From Candidatus Cloacimonadales bacterium (GTDB taxonomy: Bacteria > Cloacimonadota > Cloacimonadia > Cloacimonadales > DAONDQ01): a DNA stretch of 64,000 bases. Below the pieces are notes generated by a model that searched no databases, was not told where the DNA came from, and saw only the letters and a list, made by a program, of their open reading frames with translations. Within the stretch, counting starts at the first letter, position 1; each line of letters starts with the position of its first letter. Made by a program: the position numbers and the translations under genes. Location of the stretch: positions 4,096,001-4,160,000 of the forward strand of contig OY759316.1 of assembly GCA_963662275.1 (NCBI GenBank). The letters run 5' to 3'. Below, in pieces: positions 29,075 to 40,067 of this stretch.

Positions 29075-30001
29075 ATGAGTAAAAAAGTACTGATCGCAAC
29101 CGAAAAAGCTTTTGCTAAAGTCGCTGTGGATGGCATTGCCGGCATCTTAAAAGACGCTAATTATGAAATGATCCTTTTAGAGAATTATACTGACAAGAAT
29201 GACCTTATTAAAGCTGTCGAAGATGTTGATGCCATGATCGTTCGCAGCGATGAAGTAACGGCAGAGGTCGTTGAAGCAGCCAAGAATTTGAAGATCGTCG
29301 TCCGTGCCGGAGCCGGTTTTGACAATCTTGACCTCAAAGCTTGCACCGCACATAATATCGTTGCAATGAATACACCCGGTCAAAATTCCAATGCAGTTGC
29401 CGAACTTGCCTTCGGAATGATGATCTATATTGCCCGTAAGAAATTCAGCGGAAAGTCAGGTTTTGAACTTCGGGGAAAGAAAATTGGAATTCACGCCTAT
29501 GGTGCTGTGGGAAGATATGTAGCCCTGATTGCCAAGGGATTCGGGATGGAAGTATTTGCTTACGATCCATTTGTACCTGCTGATAAAATGAAAGCAGAAG
29601 GTGTTATTCCATTAACAAAACTATCTGAATTATATGAAAAATGTGATTATGTATCTCTGCATCTGCCTCTGACAGAGACGACAAATAAATCCATCAATTA
29701 CGATCTTCTTTCCAAGATGCCGAAAGGAGCTACACTTGTGAATACAGCCCGAAAAGAAATTATTAATGAAGAAGACCTGTTAAAGATCATGGAAGAAAAG
29801 AGCGGATTCAAATATGTATCTGATATCGCTCCTGCCTGCGCTGAAGATATGATTACGAAATACGGCGAACGTGTCCTTTTTACGGCAAAGAAATCCGGTG
29901 CTCAAACTGAAGAAGCGAACATCAATGCAGGATTAGCTGCAGCACATCAAATCGTTGGATTCCTGGAAAAGGGTGATAAGACTTTCCAGGTAAATAAGTA
30001 A
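29075..30001 (+). CDS. D-3-phosphoglycerate dehydrogenase-like 2-hydroxyacid dehydrogenase
   Basis: RAGAGFDNLD, MNTPGQNSNAVAE, SLHLPL, VNTAR, GAQTEEA. Confidence 0.85.
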   Translation: MSKKVLIATEKAFAKVAVDGIAGILKDANYEMILLENYTDKNDLIKAVEDVDAMIVRSDEVTAEVVEAAKNLKIVVRAGAGFDNLDLKACTAHNIVAMNTPGQNSNAVAELAFGMMIYIARKKFSGKSGFELRGKKIGIHAYGAVGRYVALIAKGFGMEVFAYDPFVPADKMKAEGVIPLTKLSELYEKCDYVSLHLPLTETTNKSINYDLLSKMPKGATLVNTARKEIINEEDLLKIMEEKSGFKYVSDIAPACAEDMITKYGERVLFTAKKSGAQTEEANINAGLAAAHQIVGFLEKGDKTFQVNK

Positions 30002-30069
30002 GAATACGACTCACCCCCTGCCCCCTCTATTGGCACAAGAGAGGGGGTCAGGGGGTGAGAAGGAGTGAA

Positions 30070-30813
30070 TTGAAAAAGCAAAAATATCTTCTCAACATTA
30101 GCTTAGGGCTCGTTCTAGCATCGGTTATTCTCTATGGCATACATTACCTGATCTTTCGAGACTCTTACTTCTTAGGTCTATATATCCTGGATCACTTTGC
30201 ATTCTTACCTATAGAGATTCTGTTAGTAACAATCGTTATTGGCGGTGTAATCAGATACAGGGAAAAAACTCAGCGCCTGGATAAACTGAATATGGTACTA
30301 GGCTCATTCTACAGTGAAGTTGGACATACACTTTTGAAACAGATTGGACATTCAGATCCGAACATCGATCATAAATTGGATATTCTCAAAATATCCAGTC
30401 ACTGGACTCATAACGATTTTTTACATGTGAAAAAGCTAATCAGGGAATCGGAAAGTAATATCACAATTAGTCAATTAGATTTACCCGGATTAAAAAGCTT
30501 TTTACTGAGTAAACGTATTTTTCTCTTACGCCTGCTTGAAAACCCAAATCTCCTCGAACATGATTTATTAACCTATCTGATGCAGGCTACATTTCATTTA
30601 CTAGAAGAATTGGAATTTCGCCCTGGCTTTAATGATCTTCCCAAACCTGATCTTGATCATTTGGCTTTTGATACAAAACGCGTGTATATTCCTCTCATAA
30701 TCCATTGGTTGGAATACATGTATTACCTGAAAGTGAATTTCCCTTACCTTTTTTCTCTTGCTGCCAGGACAAATCCCTTCAATAAGGATGCGTCTGTAAT
30801 TATCACTGAATAA
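30070..30813 (+). CDS. Conserved hypothetical membrane protein
   Basis: Two N-terminal TM helices, KLNMVLGSFYSEVG, LLENPNLLEH, YLFSLAARTNPF; TTG start after AGGAG preferred. Confidence 0.7.
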   Translation: MKKQKYLLNISLGLVLASVILYGIHYLIFRDSYFLGLYILDHFAFLPIEILLVTIVIGGVIRYREKTQRLDKLNMVLGSFYSEVGHTLLKQIGHSDPNIDHKLDILKISSHWTHNDFLHVKKLIRESESNITISQLDLPGLKSFLLSKRIFLLRLLENPNLLEHDLLTYLMQATFHLLEELEFRPGFNDLPKPDLDHLAFDTKRVYIPLIIHWLEYMYYLKVNFPYLFSLAARTNPFNKDASVIITE

Positions 30814-30828
30814 TAAAAAGGATATAAG

Positions 30829-31446
30829 ATGTATAAAAACCTGATATGGGATTTCGATGGAACACTATTTGATACTTACTTTGCGATAAGCGGAAGCCTT
30901 GATGGCGCTCTGAAAAAATACGGTATCATTGAAGACATGAATGAGATCCTTTCCCTATGCAAAGTCACACTGCAAACAGCAATCGATCATTATTGCGCAA
31001 AATATACTTTGAATCCGGATGATATCTTCCAAGACTATTGCGATTTTTACCAGACCATTTCCATGGAACAAATTCCACCTTTTCCAGGGGTAGAAGATAT
31101 TTTGATGTTCTGCCGTCAAACCGGTAGAAAAAACTATATCATCACTCATCGTCCTCTTGATCTGCTGATGGAACACTTGTCTTATTATCATTTGGAAGGA
31201 TATTTTGAATTTATGATTACCAGTGATGATGGCTTTATTAGAAAGCCTGACCCTGAATCTTTTGTCGCCCTTCGAGATAAATTCAACCTCCCAGGCGAAT
31301 TAACTTTGGCAATCGGTGATAGAGACTTAGATATTATAGCTGCAAGAGGTGCCGGATTCAAGACATGCCTGTTCCAAAATCCAGATCAATCTATTCCGGC
31401 GGATTATTTTATTTCAACGATGGCTGAATTAAAAGAATTATTGTAG
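30829..31446 (+). CDS. HAD-superfamily hydrolase
   Basis: WDFDGTLFDT, RKPDP, IGDRDLDI. Confidence 0.9.
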   Translation: MYKNLIWDFDGTLFDTYFAISGSLDGALKKYGIIEDMNEILSLCKVTLQTAIDHYCAKYTLNPDDIFQDYCDFYQTISMEQIPPFPGVEDILMFCRQTGRKNYIITHRPLDLLMEHLSYYHLEGYFEFMITSDDGFIRKPDPESFVALRDKFNLPGELTLAIGDRDLDIIAARGAGFKTCLFQNPDQSIPADYFISTMAELKELL

Positions 31447-31667
31447 AGTTGAAAGATGAACGCCATCTTCAGGAGATCATTTCTCCTCTATCATCTTACT
31501 TTTATCATACCATCTTCAAGGATTCGGATAATTTTGTTTCAGAACTATTCTGGAAGCTACAGGTTGTGATGGGGCTTGATTGCCAAGTCTAATTTACCTG
31601 TAACAAGTAAGAAGTATCCTTCTGTCATTGCAAATGGCAGGGGATTTTCATTCTTTGATTAGATATC

Positions 31668-33134
31668 TTATTCGCCCACAACCTTGTGCTTCTTAACATA
31701 ATCAATCAACTGATCAACAAAGAGTATTTGTTGATCTTTCATATGTCCGGGGGTAAAAGCCAGGTATTTATCAGCATGGGAAAGCACATAATCATGAGAT
31801 ATGCCTTGATATGTCTGTTTCAATCTAACCGGTTTACCATTAATGCAGACATTTTGGATATGAGAATTCTGATCCTTGTCAATAATATCGTATGTAATGG
31901 GATAAGCTTGTACGATATCGTGCTCCTGGGTCTTTGAAAGTTGATAGTTCAGCTCCAGCATCTGATAAATCTCTTTGCCTGTGCAAGTGAAGGTTTCAAT
32001 GACATTTCCGAAAGGTACCATCTCCTGCATAGCCTTCACAGTAATTGGTCCAGGCTGCAAAGATGTACGCATACCTCCACAATTGATAACACTGAAATCA
32101 ACATCGAGAGAATCATGATATGTTTCATATAGCGCTTTTGCCTGCCAGCGGGAGACTGTAGTTTCCTTAAATTTGTCAGGTATCCAGGGAATCGTCAGAT
32201 CACCAATTTGCTTGCCTGATTCACTTTCCACTTTTTGAGCAATATCATCGACAAAGCTGGATAGTTCCGTGGAAATGTTTTTTTGATCCTCTACAGGAAT
32301 AAGGATATGCTTCCAAGTATTGATTCGATCATTCTGAACATCTATGTCCAATTCTCCCAGATATACCATTTGAGCGCCAGTCTGTGTTATCAGTATCCCA
32401 TTTACCATTAAAGGCTGTTCCAGGATGGCATGTGTATGTCCTCCGAGAATCAAATCCACACGAGAATCCAACTGTGTAGCCAGTAGACTGTCAGCATCAA
32501 CGCCAATATGCGTAAGAATGATAACCAGGTCTGATTGTTTATCCACTTCATCGATTACTTTATCAATTGCCTGTTTATAAGGAAGGACAGAAAGTCCCTT
32601 AATAGACGCAAGAGTCACTTTCTCAGGAAGCTCTGTCATGATTAAACCGATCACACCTACATTGAGAGAATCAAACTGAAATATCTTATATGTGTATTGT
32701 GAAAAGTATTCTTTATCTTCCATCAGGTTTGAATTGATATAAGGATACTTTGCCAGGCGCATATAACCTTTCGCATCTGATAAAGAATTATCGAATTCAT
32801 GATTCCCGAAAGTGGCAGCAGAATAGCCAAGTTTATTGAATACTTCAACCACGGCACCACCCTTAACACTTTCATAAATATAACTGGAAAAAGCCGTACC
32901 TGTATGCTGGTCTCCACTGTCAAAAGTCAGATTACGCAAATATGCTGATCTTTCATGATTCAAGAGTCTTTCTAAATTTGCATAGCCACCTAACATTATT
33001 TTCTGATCACCCATTTGAAATTTCTGTGGCAGGTAATAAGAATGAGTGTCATTGGTAAACAAGATACGTATTGGTACAGCATTGAGGATAGTAGAAAGCA
33101 GGATTATCAGCAATGAAAGGCTAATTTTATTCAT
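31668..33134 (-). CDS. Bifunctional metallophosphatase / 5'-nucleotidase
   Basis: Signal peptide, TNDTHS, DSGD, GNHEFD, LTHIG, GGHTH, NCGGMR, PFGN. Confidence 0.9.
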   Translation of the reverse strand: MNKISLSLLIILLSTILNAVPIRILFTNDTHSYYLPQKFQMGDQKIMLGGYANLERLLNHERSAYLRNLTFDSGDQHTGTAFSSYIYESVKGGAVVEVFNKLGYSAATFGNHEFDNSLSDAKGYMRLAKYPYINSNLMEDKEYFSQYTYKIFQFDSLNVGVIGLIMTELPEKVTLASIKGLSVLPYKQAIDKVIDEVDKQSDLVIILTHIGVDADSLLATQLDSRVDLILGGHTHAILEQPLMVNGILITQTGAQMVYLGELDIDVQNDRINTWKHILIPVEDQKNISTELSSFVDDIAQKVESESGKQIGDLTIPWIPDKFKETTVSRWQAKALYETYHDSLDVDFSVINCGGMRTSLQPGPITVKAMQEMVPFGNVIETFTCTGKEIYQMLELNYQLSKTQEHDIVQAYPITYDIIDKDQNSHIQNVCINGKPVRLKQTYQGISHDYVLSHADKYLAFTPGHMKDQQILFVDQLIDYVKKHKVVGE

Positions 33135-33257
33135 TATTAATTCCTTTTCTTGGGAAACTTAAACTTCAGTAGTTCAAAATGTCACTTCATATATAAGTAT
33201 ATTGGATAACTGCAGTGTTTGAGATGTTAGATTTTGAACCTTCACGGATGTCTTCTG

Positions 33258-33662
33258 CTAATTCAGGTACTTTACTAAAACCTGGCTATTGTGTCCATTA
33301 TCACGATTATAAAAATACTCATGTGTCAGTTTCTTTACAATGTGAATTCCTAAACCGCCAATATCCCTTTCTGATAAATCCGGATTTAGTTTAGGCTCGG
33401 GATAATCGAGTGGATTAAACTCAACACCGTCATCAACTACTTCAATATAGATTTTTTGATCTTTCTTTTCAAAATTAATCTCAATATTGTGCTTAGCATT
33501 ATCTTTAAAGGCATATTTGATAATGTTTGAAAGTAATTCATCAAATACAAGATTCAATTGAGCTTCAATATTCATGGGCAAATTCCAAGGTTTAGAAATT
33601 TCCTCTACAAGGTCATTTACTTTTCTGATCTCTGAAATCTGATTCTTAATAATGATCTTCAT
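33258..33662 (-). CDS. Anti-sigma factor / Ser-Thr kinase (RsbW-like HATPase)
   Basis: ELLSNIIKYA, DDGVEFNPL, IGGLGIHIV. Confidence 0.85.
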   Translation of the reverse strand: MKIIIKNQISEIRKVNDLVEEISKPWNLPMNIEAQLNLVFDELLSNIIKYAFKDNAKHNIEINFEKKDQKIYIEVVDDGVEFNPLDYPEPKLNPDLSERDIGGLGIHIVKKLTHEYFYNRDNGHNSQVLVKYLN

Positions 33663-33813
33663 AATTAACTCCCACTGATTTCAAAACAAGACCAAAAATC
33701 CTTTTTTTTTACCGAATTGAATCATAAAGTCTTATAGTTGAATTATAAATAGGTTATTTGTTAGTGTCAAGGTTTTTTTCTTAGAGAATTTGGATTTTAA
33801 TATAAACAATATC

Positions 33814-34737
33814 TCAGTTCTCTACAAAAGCAGTGATAACACGATTATTCAGATAATTTTCCCAAGTTTCCACGGTTTCTATCGCTAACCTCTTTTTTGC
33901 TGCTTCCGTATAAGCACCCGCATGAGGTGAAAGCAATACTTGTGGGTATTCAGCAAAAGCTGCTGGTTCCCAAGGCTCGTCTTCAAAAACATCAAGTGCT
34001 GCACCTTTCAGCATATTGCTCTTCAATCCCTGTTCAATCGCTTTTTCTTCCACAATTGCACCACGTGCAGTGTTGATCAAATAGATTGGCTGGGAAAGAA
34101 GCTTAAGCGTAGCTGTAGAAAAATAGTACTTTGTTTCATCCGTTAGCGGACAATGGAAGGTGAGTAGATTGCACCACTTCAGACCGGAGACATAGGAAAT
34201 TGGCTTCACTTTTCTTTCTTCCCACTGCTCTTGGGTAAGATAAGGATCAACACCCAGGACAGTAGCTCCCAGTTGCTGAAGCAGATTGGCTACCTTCGTT
34301 CCAACCCTTCCTACCCCAACGACAAGAGCTTTCAAGTCTGATATTTCCATATTAGGTAGTACTTGTGCCTTCCATTGCTTGGTAAGGACTGCATCCTTCA
34401 TCTGGTTTTGCTGCTTGGTCAGTGAGAATATGAAAGACATCGTCTGTTCAAAGGCGGAGATAGCATTGGCCTCCGGTGTGCAACACACAGGCACACCATA
34501 CTTCTTCGCTGCATCCAAATCGATATTATCAACACCTGTACCGGCACGGATAACGAGTTTCAGGTTGGGGAATCTCTTAAAATATGATTCATTGAAGATA
34601 GTCTTTGTACGTATAATGATAATTTCTATATTCTCTGAAAAGAGAAGGTTCTCTGCCGTAAACCAATGAGACAGACCTTTCCTTTCCAGTTCTTCCCAGA
34701 ATTGCTTGGGCATTTCTTCTAAAACCAATGTATGCAT
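33814..34737 (-). CDS. D-isomer 2-hydroxyacid dehydrogenase
   Basis: RAGTGVDNID, GVGRVG, INTARG, LDVFEDEP, SPHAGAYT. Confidence 0.88.
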   Translation of the reverse strand: MHTLVLEEMPKQFWEELERKGLSHWFTAENLLFSENIEIIIIRTKTIFNESYFKRFPNLKLVIRAGTGVDNIDLDAAKKYGVPVCCTPEANAISAFEQTMSFIFSLTKQQNQMKDAVLTKQWKAQVLPNMEISDLKALVVGVGRVGTKVANLLQQLGATVLGVDPYLTQEQWEERKVKPISYVSGLKWCNLLTFHCPLTDETKYYFSTATLKLLSQPIYLINTARGAIVEEKAIEQGLKSNMLKGAALDVFEDEPWEPAAFAEYPQVLLSPHAGAYTEAAKKRLAIETVETWENYLNNRVITAFVEN

Positions 34738-34748
34738 TATTCTTCCTT

Positions 34749-34808
34749 GTAGAGTAGGACGCCGTTCGGGCTAAATCGTGTCGTAAAGCAAGACGCCGTT
34801 CTTGCTAT
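34749..34808. repeat. REP-like palindromes
   Basis: gtagagtaggacgccgttc..., gtaaagcaagacgccgttcttgct. Confidence 0.65.
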
Positions 34809-34810
34809 CC

Positions 34811-35716
34811 TCAAACCTTATCAAACGTCACAAAATGTACTTTCGCTACTTCACAAAGCCTATCTTTTCCAAAGCGTGCAACGTATTCCCTCGCAGCCTC
34901 AATCACACCGTGCGATGCTCCTTTGGGAAATTCTATGCCATATTTACGCCTGAGAACTGTCATTGTTTCCAGGAAATGATACCGCGCAATGATGGAAGCA
35001 GCAGCAACAGCAATGTCTGATTCTGCATGTGTCCTTTCCATCACAGCGACCTGGTGTTCCTTCTTGATTTGCTTGGAAAGATTATTGTTTTTCTGGAACT
35101 GATCGATCAGCACTCCCTCACTGGGATATTTCTTCAATAACTCACAAATGGCAGTGCCATGCATCCAGGTCATCATTTCATTCAGCTTCTTTCCCTGCTT
35201 GCGGAAATCAGCATAGAGTGCATTGTATTTATCAGGTTTCAGAATAATGACTTTCGCATGGGAACCATACGCCTGCAACACTTGCTTCGCTGTTTTGTAG
35301 ATCGCATCATCATTGAGAAGCTTACTGTCACGAACACCCCATTTCTGAAGATTTGCTACCATATCATCCCGACAGAAGAAGCTGCAAATCACAAGCGGAC
35401 CAAAGAAATCACCTTTCCCTGATTCATCAGAACCTATCCATTCCTTCCAATTGTGATGTTTGGGAGCAGAAGCATCTATGCTGATGATCTTGATCTTTTC
35501 TATCAATGGACGCAAAGGATTGGTCTTGTTCCCTCCAATGATATGCGATATTCCCTTTTTCTCAGAGTAATAGATATTCAAGGGAATGATCTGCTCTCCC
35601 TTTTCAAATACTAATTGCATCCCATAAGGAATTTCCTTCTCTTCCAGGAGAGTCAATCCTTGTTTCTTTGTCTTTTCCAGCAATTCAGCAACATGCGAAA
35701 GAAGCTTTTGATTCAT
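34811..35716 (-). CDS. rnhC: Ribonuclease HIII
   Basis: WIGSDESGKGDFFGPL, GVRDSK, IDQF, AESDIAVAAASIIAR, AKVHF; N-terminal extension. Confidence 0.9.
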   Translation of the reverse strand: MNQKLLSHVAELLEKTKKQGLTLLEEKEIPYGMQLVFEKGEQIIPLNIYYSEKKGISHIIGGNKTNPLRPLIEKIKIISIDASAPKHHNWKEWIGSDESGKGDFFGPLVICSFFCRDDMVANLQKWGVRDSKLLNDDAIYKTAKQVLQAYGSHAKVIILKPDKYNALYADFRKQGKKLNEMMTWMHGTAICELLKKYPSEGVLIDQFQKNNNLSKQIKKEHQVAVMERTHAESDIAVAAASIIARYHFLETMTVLRRKYGIEFPKGASHGVIEAAREYVARFGKDRLCEVAKVHFVTFDKV

Positions 35717-35883
35717 TTATCCTACCTTTATTTTCAGGAATGGGAGAAAGATAAATCTGTCAAGAGGGAGTGTTTCTTTCCTCTCGCATGTCTTCAAAGG
35801 TAGAGCTGACAAATATACGGAATATCTTGCTTTGTCGGGGCATAAGTCCTCCAGCGTAATGCGATTTTGTTGCTTTTGAAGCA

Positions 35884-37744
35884 GAGACTGTTCATGAAGT
35901 TATTCATAATATTCAATAAGTTAGAAAGTAGCAAGTTGAAAAAAGTGGTCGAAACGGTCATAATTTAACATACCTTCCAGAATTGACAGATAAGCTCTGC
36001 TAAGGACACCAAATCACAAGTTAAGCTTTTTGACTAAAATTGAAAAACACGCGATTATAAGTAATGTTTCGAAGCCGTTTCTGACTAAATGTGTAGTTAA
36101 AATCATATAAAATAGTTCTTTACAAGTTTTTTGCTATAGCTTCAATGGCATTTGTTACCTGGTAACAAAAGGGAGGATATTATGACAAAAAAACACTCCA
36201 ATTCAAGAAGCGGTAAGTGTTAGTCATGAAAGTAACCAATACCATGTAAGTATTAACGTACCATTTTCATTCACTTTGCCTGAGACAACATCAAACCACA
36301 AGTTCTTAATAGCGTTTCTACGCTTATTAGTAGGAATAGGCGGAGACAACCTCCTTACACTTCAGCAAATAGCTGATCTGTTTAACTACGCAGACCGCAG
36401 GAATGTACATAATTTCTGGCAAGAGTTTGAGCAGCATGGTCATGATATCCTGGCATATTTAAGCCGGAAAGTTGACCTGCTGGAGTGTATTCCTCAGATC
36501 GAGAATTTTGTTATCAATAACCTGCTTTTACCTTTAAATGTCATGTATCAGGAGTTCATCAGCCATCATGATTTTAAAATGTCCTATACCACTTTCTGCA
36601 AATATGCTTCTCAGGTCAATTCTCTGTCTGTAGTTAAGCAAGCTCAGAAGCTTCTTCTGAAAAAGACAGTAGGCGGTGATGCTGTACATCTGCTGAAACT
36701 GCTTGCCGGTCAGCAGAATACACCTGTTATCTGTGACAGACTCCTGGAACAAATGAAGACTGCTAAAGGCAATACATCCCATAGAACCGCCGATGCAAAG
36801 CCGTTCCATAGTCTGGAACGCAAGAACCTGTGTCTGCTGGTACATTACCTGGTTGGAAGCGGTATGAACTTCGAGACGATAGCTTTGCTGCTCAACACCT
36901 GTAAAGCTACAGTCTCAAATCTCTGGCATGAAATCGCTGACCTGCAGAGCCTGATTCTGAACTCAATCGGTAAGTGGAGCGGAAAGATCAGCATTGATGA
37001 GAAATATGTGAAGATCAAAGGTATTCCGTACTATGTCATCAGTATTGTTGATTTTGTGACTCACATCCCTCTGTTTTGTGAGTTGTATCCTGACACAAAG
37101 AAAGAATCATTCGAAGCATGTTTCAGAACCTTCAGACAGCTCTACAGGAAAGATCCAACCCTGATTGTCAGTGATGGCAGTAAATCGTTAGCAGTTGCAA
37201 GAAAAACAGTGTTTCCAAAAGTCCATTACCAACTCTGTAAGTTCCATAAGATACGAAATCTCTTCAAAAGAATCAGTCAATGTCATCTCCCTGAAGACAG
37301 GGACAAGTTCTTTAAGAAGAGGATTATGAAAGCTTTCCGAAGAGAAACGGCGGGCGGAAGGAAAAAGGGTATCGCAAGCCTGACAGCTATTACTCCCCCA
37401 ACCGCCGCCGAATACATCAAAAGCAATATCATTAGTGATTGGAGACACCTCAGCAAAGGTTTGACTTCCAATGTCTCTGAACGCTGGAACCGCAAAATCA
37501 AGAAGGTGACATCCGGTAGATTTGGACTAAAATCTGAAGAAACCACCCGCAACCTTGTGTTTTCGCTTTGGTTCAAAGAACTGGTCGATAAAGGTCAACC
37601 AATCATGCGTCAGGAATCACTTTTAGCAAGTTTAAATATCTCCCGCATATGTCAAGAAAATGTGGATTGGTCGCACTTAGACCACTTTTTCTCTGTCACT
37701 ACCAATAAGGCTGCGTAAAATGGAGGTTAATTTTGAACAGTCTC
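35884..37744 (+). mobile_element. Insertion sequence, 1861 bp, IS256/Mutator-like (family tentative)
   Basis: Terminal inverted repeats gagactgttca / tgaacagtctc; 8-bp TSD ttgaagca at 35876-35883 and 37745-37752. Confidence 0.88.
36276..37718 (+). CDS. DDE transposase
   Basis: ISIDEKY, IVSDG, QLCKFH (CxxH), TSNVSERWN; the probable true ATG at 36182 is +1 out of frame. Confidence 0.85.
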   Translation: MPETTSNHKFLIAFLRLLVGIGGDNLLTLQQIADLFNYADRRNVHNFWQEFEQHGHDILAYLSRKVDLLECIPQIENFVINNLLLPLNVMYQEFISHHDFKMSYTTFCKYASQVNSLSVVKQAQKLLLKKTVGGDAVHLLKLLAGQQNTPVICDRLLEQMKTAKGNTSHRTADAKPFHSLERKNLCLLVHYLVGSGMNFETIALLLNTCKATVSNLWHEIADLQSLILNSIGKWSGKISIDEKYVKIKGIPYYVISIVDFVTHIPLFCELYPDTKKESFEACFRTFRQLYRKDPTLIVSDGSKSLAVARKTVFPKVHYQLCKFHKIRNLFKRISQCHLPEDRDKFFKKRIMKAFRRETAGGRKKGIASLTAITPPTAAEYIKSNIISDWRHLSKGLTSNVSERWNRKIKKVTSGRFGLKSEETTRNLVFSLWFKELVDKGQPIMRQESLLASLNISRICQENVDWSHLDHFFSVTTNKAA

Positions 37745-37860
37745 TTGAAGCATCACCTTCTGCAAATCCACATTTTTCTTGACATGATACTCTTTATTTT
37801 CGCACTTCATAGCAAGTCCAGTGAATGGAATACAATTATTAAATTGATTGTGGAGTATAA

Positions 37861-38838
37861 ATGAAGATTTTCATAACAGGTTCAAATGGATTTGTCGGTT
37901 CACGGCTCATGTGGGTATTAGAAGAAAAGGGACATGATGTCTGGGGAATCGATAGAAATATTAAATGCAAGATCAAGACGCATCCCAATACGAAAATAGG
38001 TAACATCCTGAATATGGATGATCTTCACCAATTCGATACCATTAACTTCGACCTTGTGATCCATTGCGCTGCTGCCAAGCATGATTTTGGTATTACTAAT
38101 GAGGAATATTACCTCGATAATGAAAAAGGAACCGAAGTGCTGATGCAGTATGCCCGTTTGAGAGATATTAATAAGATAATTTACTTTTCAACAGTTTCCG
38201 TCTACGGACACCAGCCGGGAAGAGTGGATGAAACCGGAGAATATTTACCGAATACCGTATATGGCTCATCCAAGCTTGCCGGTGAACATGTCATCGATCG
38301 CTGGATGGTATTTCAACCCCGCTCGGAAGTCATCTATCTCAGACCAACCATTATCTATGGACCATTTAATTATGCAAATATGTACAATCTTATCGATATG
38401 ATGCGTCGTCGTCCTTTTATTATGATTGGTAAGGGAGATTATGTGAAAAGCGTTGTTTCCCTGGAGAATATCATCGACATGACCCTATTCAGTATGACAC
38501 TATTGAAACCCGGATTACAAACTTTTAATTGCATTGATAAGCCTTATGTTACACTCAGTGAATTGATGAATATGATTGCTTCTCATCCTGGTTTCAGAAT
38601 ACCTGTGATCACAATTCCCCTCGATTGGGCAATTGCTGTGGGAAAAGTATTTGACATTTTGGGAAAGGTGACATATAAAGACTTTCCAGTAAATAGTGAC
38701 CGTATGCGTAAGTTTGCAACTGCAACAGATTATTCAGGAGAAAAGATCAGGGAAGCAGGTTATATTCAGAATAAAACGATCGCATATGAACTTGCGCGGA
38801 CAATCAACTGGTATTTGAAAAGCAAAGGTAATAAATAA
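37861..38838 (+). CDS. NAD-dependent epimerase/dehydratase
   Basis: ITGSNGFVG, STVSVYG, YGSSK, RPTIIYGP. Confidence 0.9.
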   Translation: MKIFITGSNGFVGSRLMWVLEEKGHDVWGIDRNIKCKIKTHPNTKIGNILNMDDLHQFDTINFDLVIHCAAAKHDFGITNEEYYLDNEKGTEVLMQYARLRDINKIIYFSTVSVYGHQPGRVDETGEYLPNTVYGSSKLAGEHVIDRWMVFQPRSEVIYLRPTIIYGPFNYANMYNLIDMMRRRPFIMIGKGDYVKSVVSLENIIDMTLFSMTLLKPGLQTFNCIDKPYVTLSELMNMIASHPGFRIPVITIPLDWAIAVGKVFDILGKVTYKDFPVNSDRMRKFATATDYSGEKIREAGYIQNKTIAYELARTINWYLKSKGNK

Positions 38839-38873
38839 TTATAGTAAGCACTTAAATCTGTGCTGGAGGTTTC

Positions 38874-39908
38874 ATGGAAAAGCTTAGATTTGGTTTAATC
38901 GGTTGCGGACGTATCTCTAAAAATCATTTTGAATCAATGAAGACTTTCGAAGAGGCTGAATTCGTAGCCTGTTGTGATATCATTGAACAAAGAGCACAAG
39001 AAATGGCAACAGAATATGGAGTTGCCCATTATTATACTGATTATCATGAAATGCTGGAAAAAGAAAAACTGGATTGTATCAGTATTTGCACTCCCAGCGG
39101 ACTTCATCCTGAAATTGGTATTGAAGTCGCCAAGTATCAAATCCATGTTTTAACAGAAAAGCCGATGGCAATTAATGTCGCTTCTGCGGACGCACTCATT
39201 AAAGCCTGTGATAAAAATAAAGTACATCTATTTGTCGTGAAGCAAAACAGGTTGAATACAACTATGCAGCTTCTTCGTAAAGCAATCGATAAGAATCGTT
39301 TTGGCGAGATCTTTATGGTACAGTCTAATGTTTTCTGGCAACGCCCTCAGAGTTATTATGACCAGGCAAAGTGGCGTGGTACCTGGGAATTTGATGGTGG
39401 TGCCTTCATGAACCAGGCTAGCCATTACGTAGATGCCTTATATTGGCTCATTGGCAATGTTGATTCTGTCATGGCTGAGACAGCTACCATGGCTCGTAAG
39501 ACAGAAGCAGAAGACACAGGCTCCGTTATTTTGAAATTCAGATCAGGTACGATAGGTACAATTAATGTCACGATGCTCACTTATCCCAAGAATTTTGAAG
39601 GCTCTATTACAATATTAGGTGAAAAAGGGACAGTGAAAGTTGGGGGAATCGCCCTGAATAAGTTTGAAAAATGGGAATTTGAAGAATATGATGATGACGA
39701 TAGAGTTGTGAACGAATGCAATTATCAACCACCTTCAGTTTATGGTTATGGACACATTCCTTATTATCACAATGTCATTGAAGTCTTATTAGGAAGAGAA
39801 GAACCTCATACTGACGGCAGAGATGGACGCAAATCTGTGGAAATTATCCAGGCTATCTATCTTTCTGCCAAGTCAGGGAAGAAGATTTCGCTGCCCTTGA
39901 ATGTGTAG
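38874..39908 (+). CDS. Gfo/Idh/MocA oxidoreductase, WbpB/WlbA-like nucleotide-sugar dehydrogenase
   Basis: IGCGRIS, TPSGLH, EKPMA, VKQNR, WRGTWEFDGGAFMNQASHY, SVYGYGH. Confidence 0.85.
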   Translation: MEKLRFGLIGCGRISKNHFESMKTFEEAEFVACCDIIEQRAQEMATEYGVAHYYTDYHEMLEKEKLDCISICTPSGLHPEIGIEVAKYQIHVLTEKPMAINVASADALIKACDKNKVHLFVVKQNRLNTTMQLLRKAIDKNRFGEIFMVQSNVFWQRPQSYYDQAKWRGTWEFDGGAFMNQASHYVDALYWLIGNVDSVMAETATMARKTEAEDTGSVILKFRSGTIGTINVTMLTYPKNFEGSITILGEKGTVKVGGIALNKFEKWEFEEYDDDDRVVNECNYQPPSVYGYGHIPYYHNVIEVLLGREEPHTDGRDGRKSVEIIQAIYLSAKSGKKISLPLNV

Positions 39909-40067
39909 AGGAATATTCTCCGAGTAATTTTACTCACTCACCCCCGACCCCTCTCTTGTTCTAAAAGAGGGGAACTCCGCGGTTCTCCGAGTGATTTTAC
40001 AACATCGAGTGTCATTCTACTAAACGATGTATCAAAATGAGTAAAATCGTATCGAGGAGTTAGCGGA

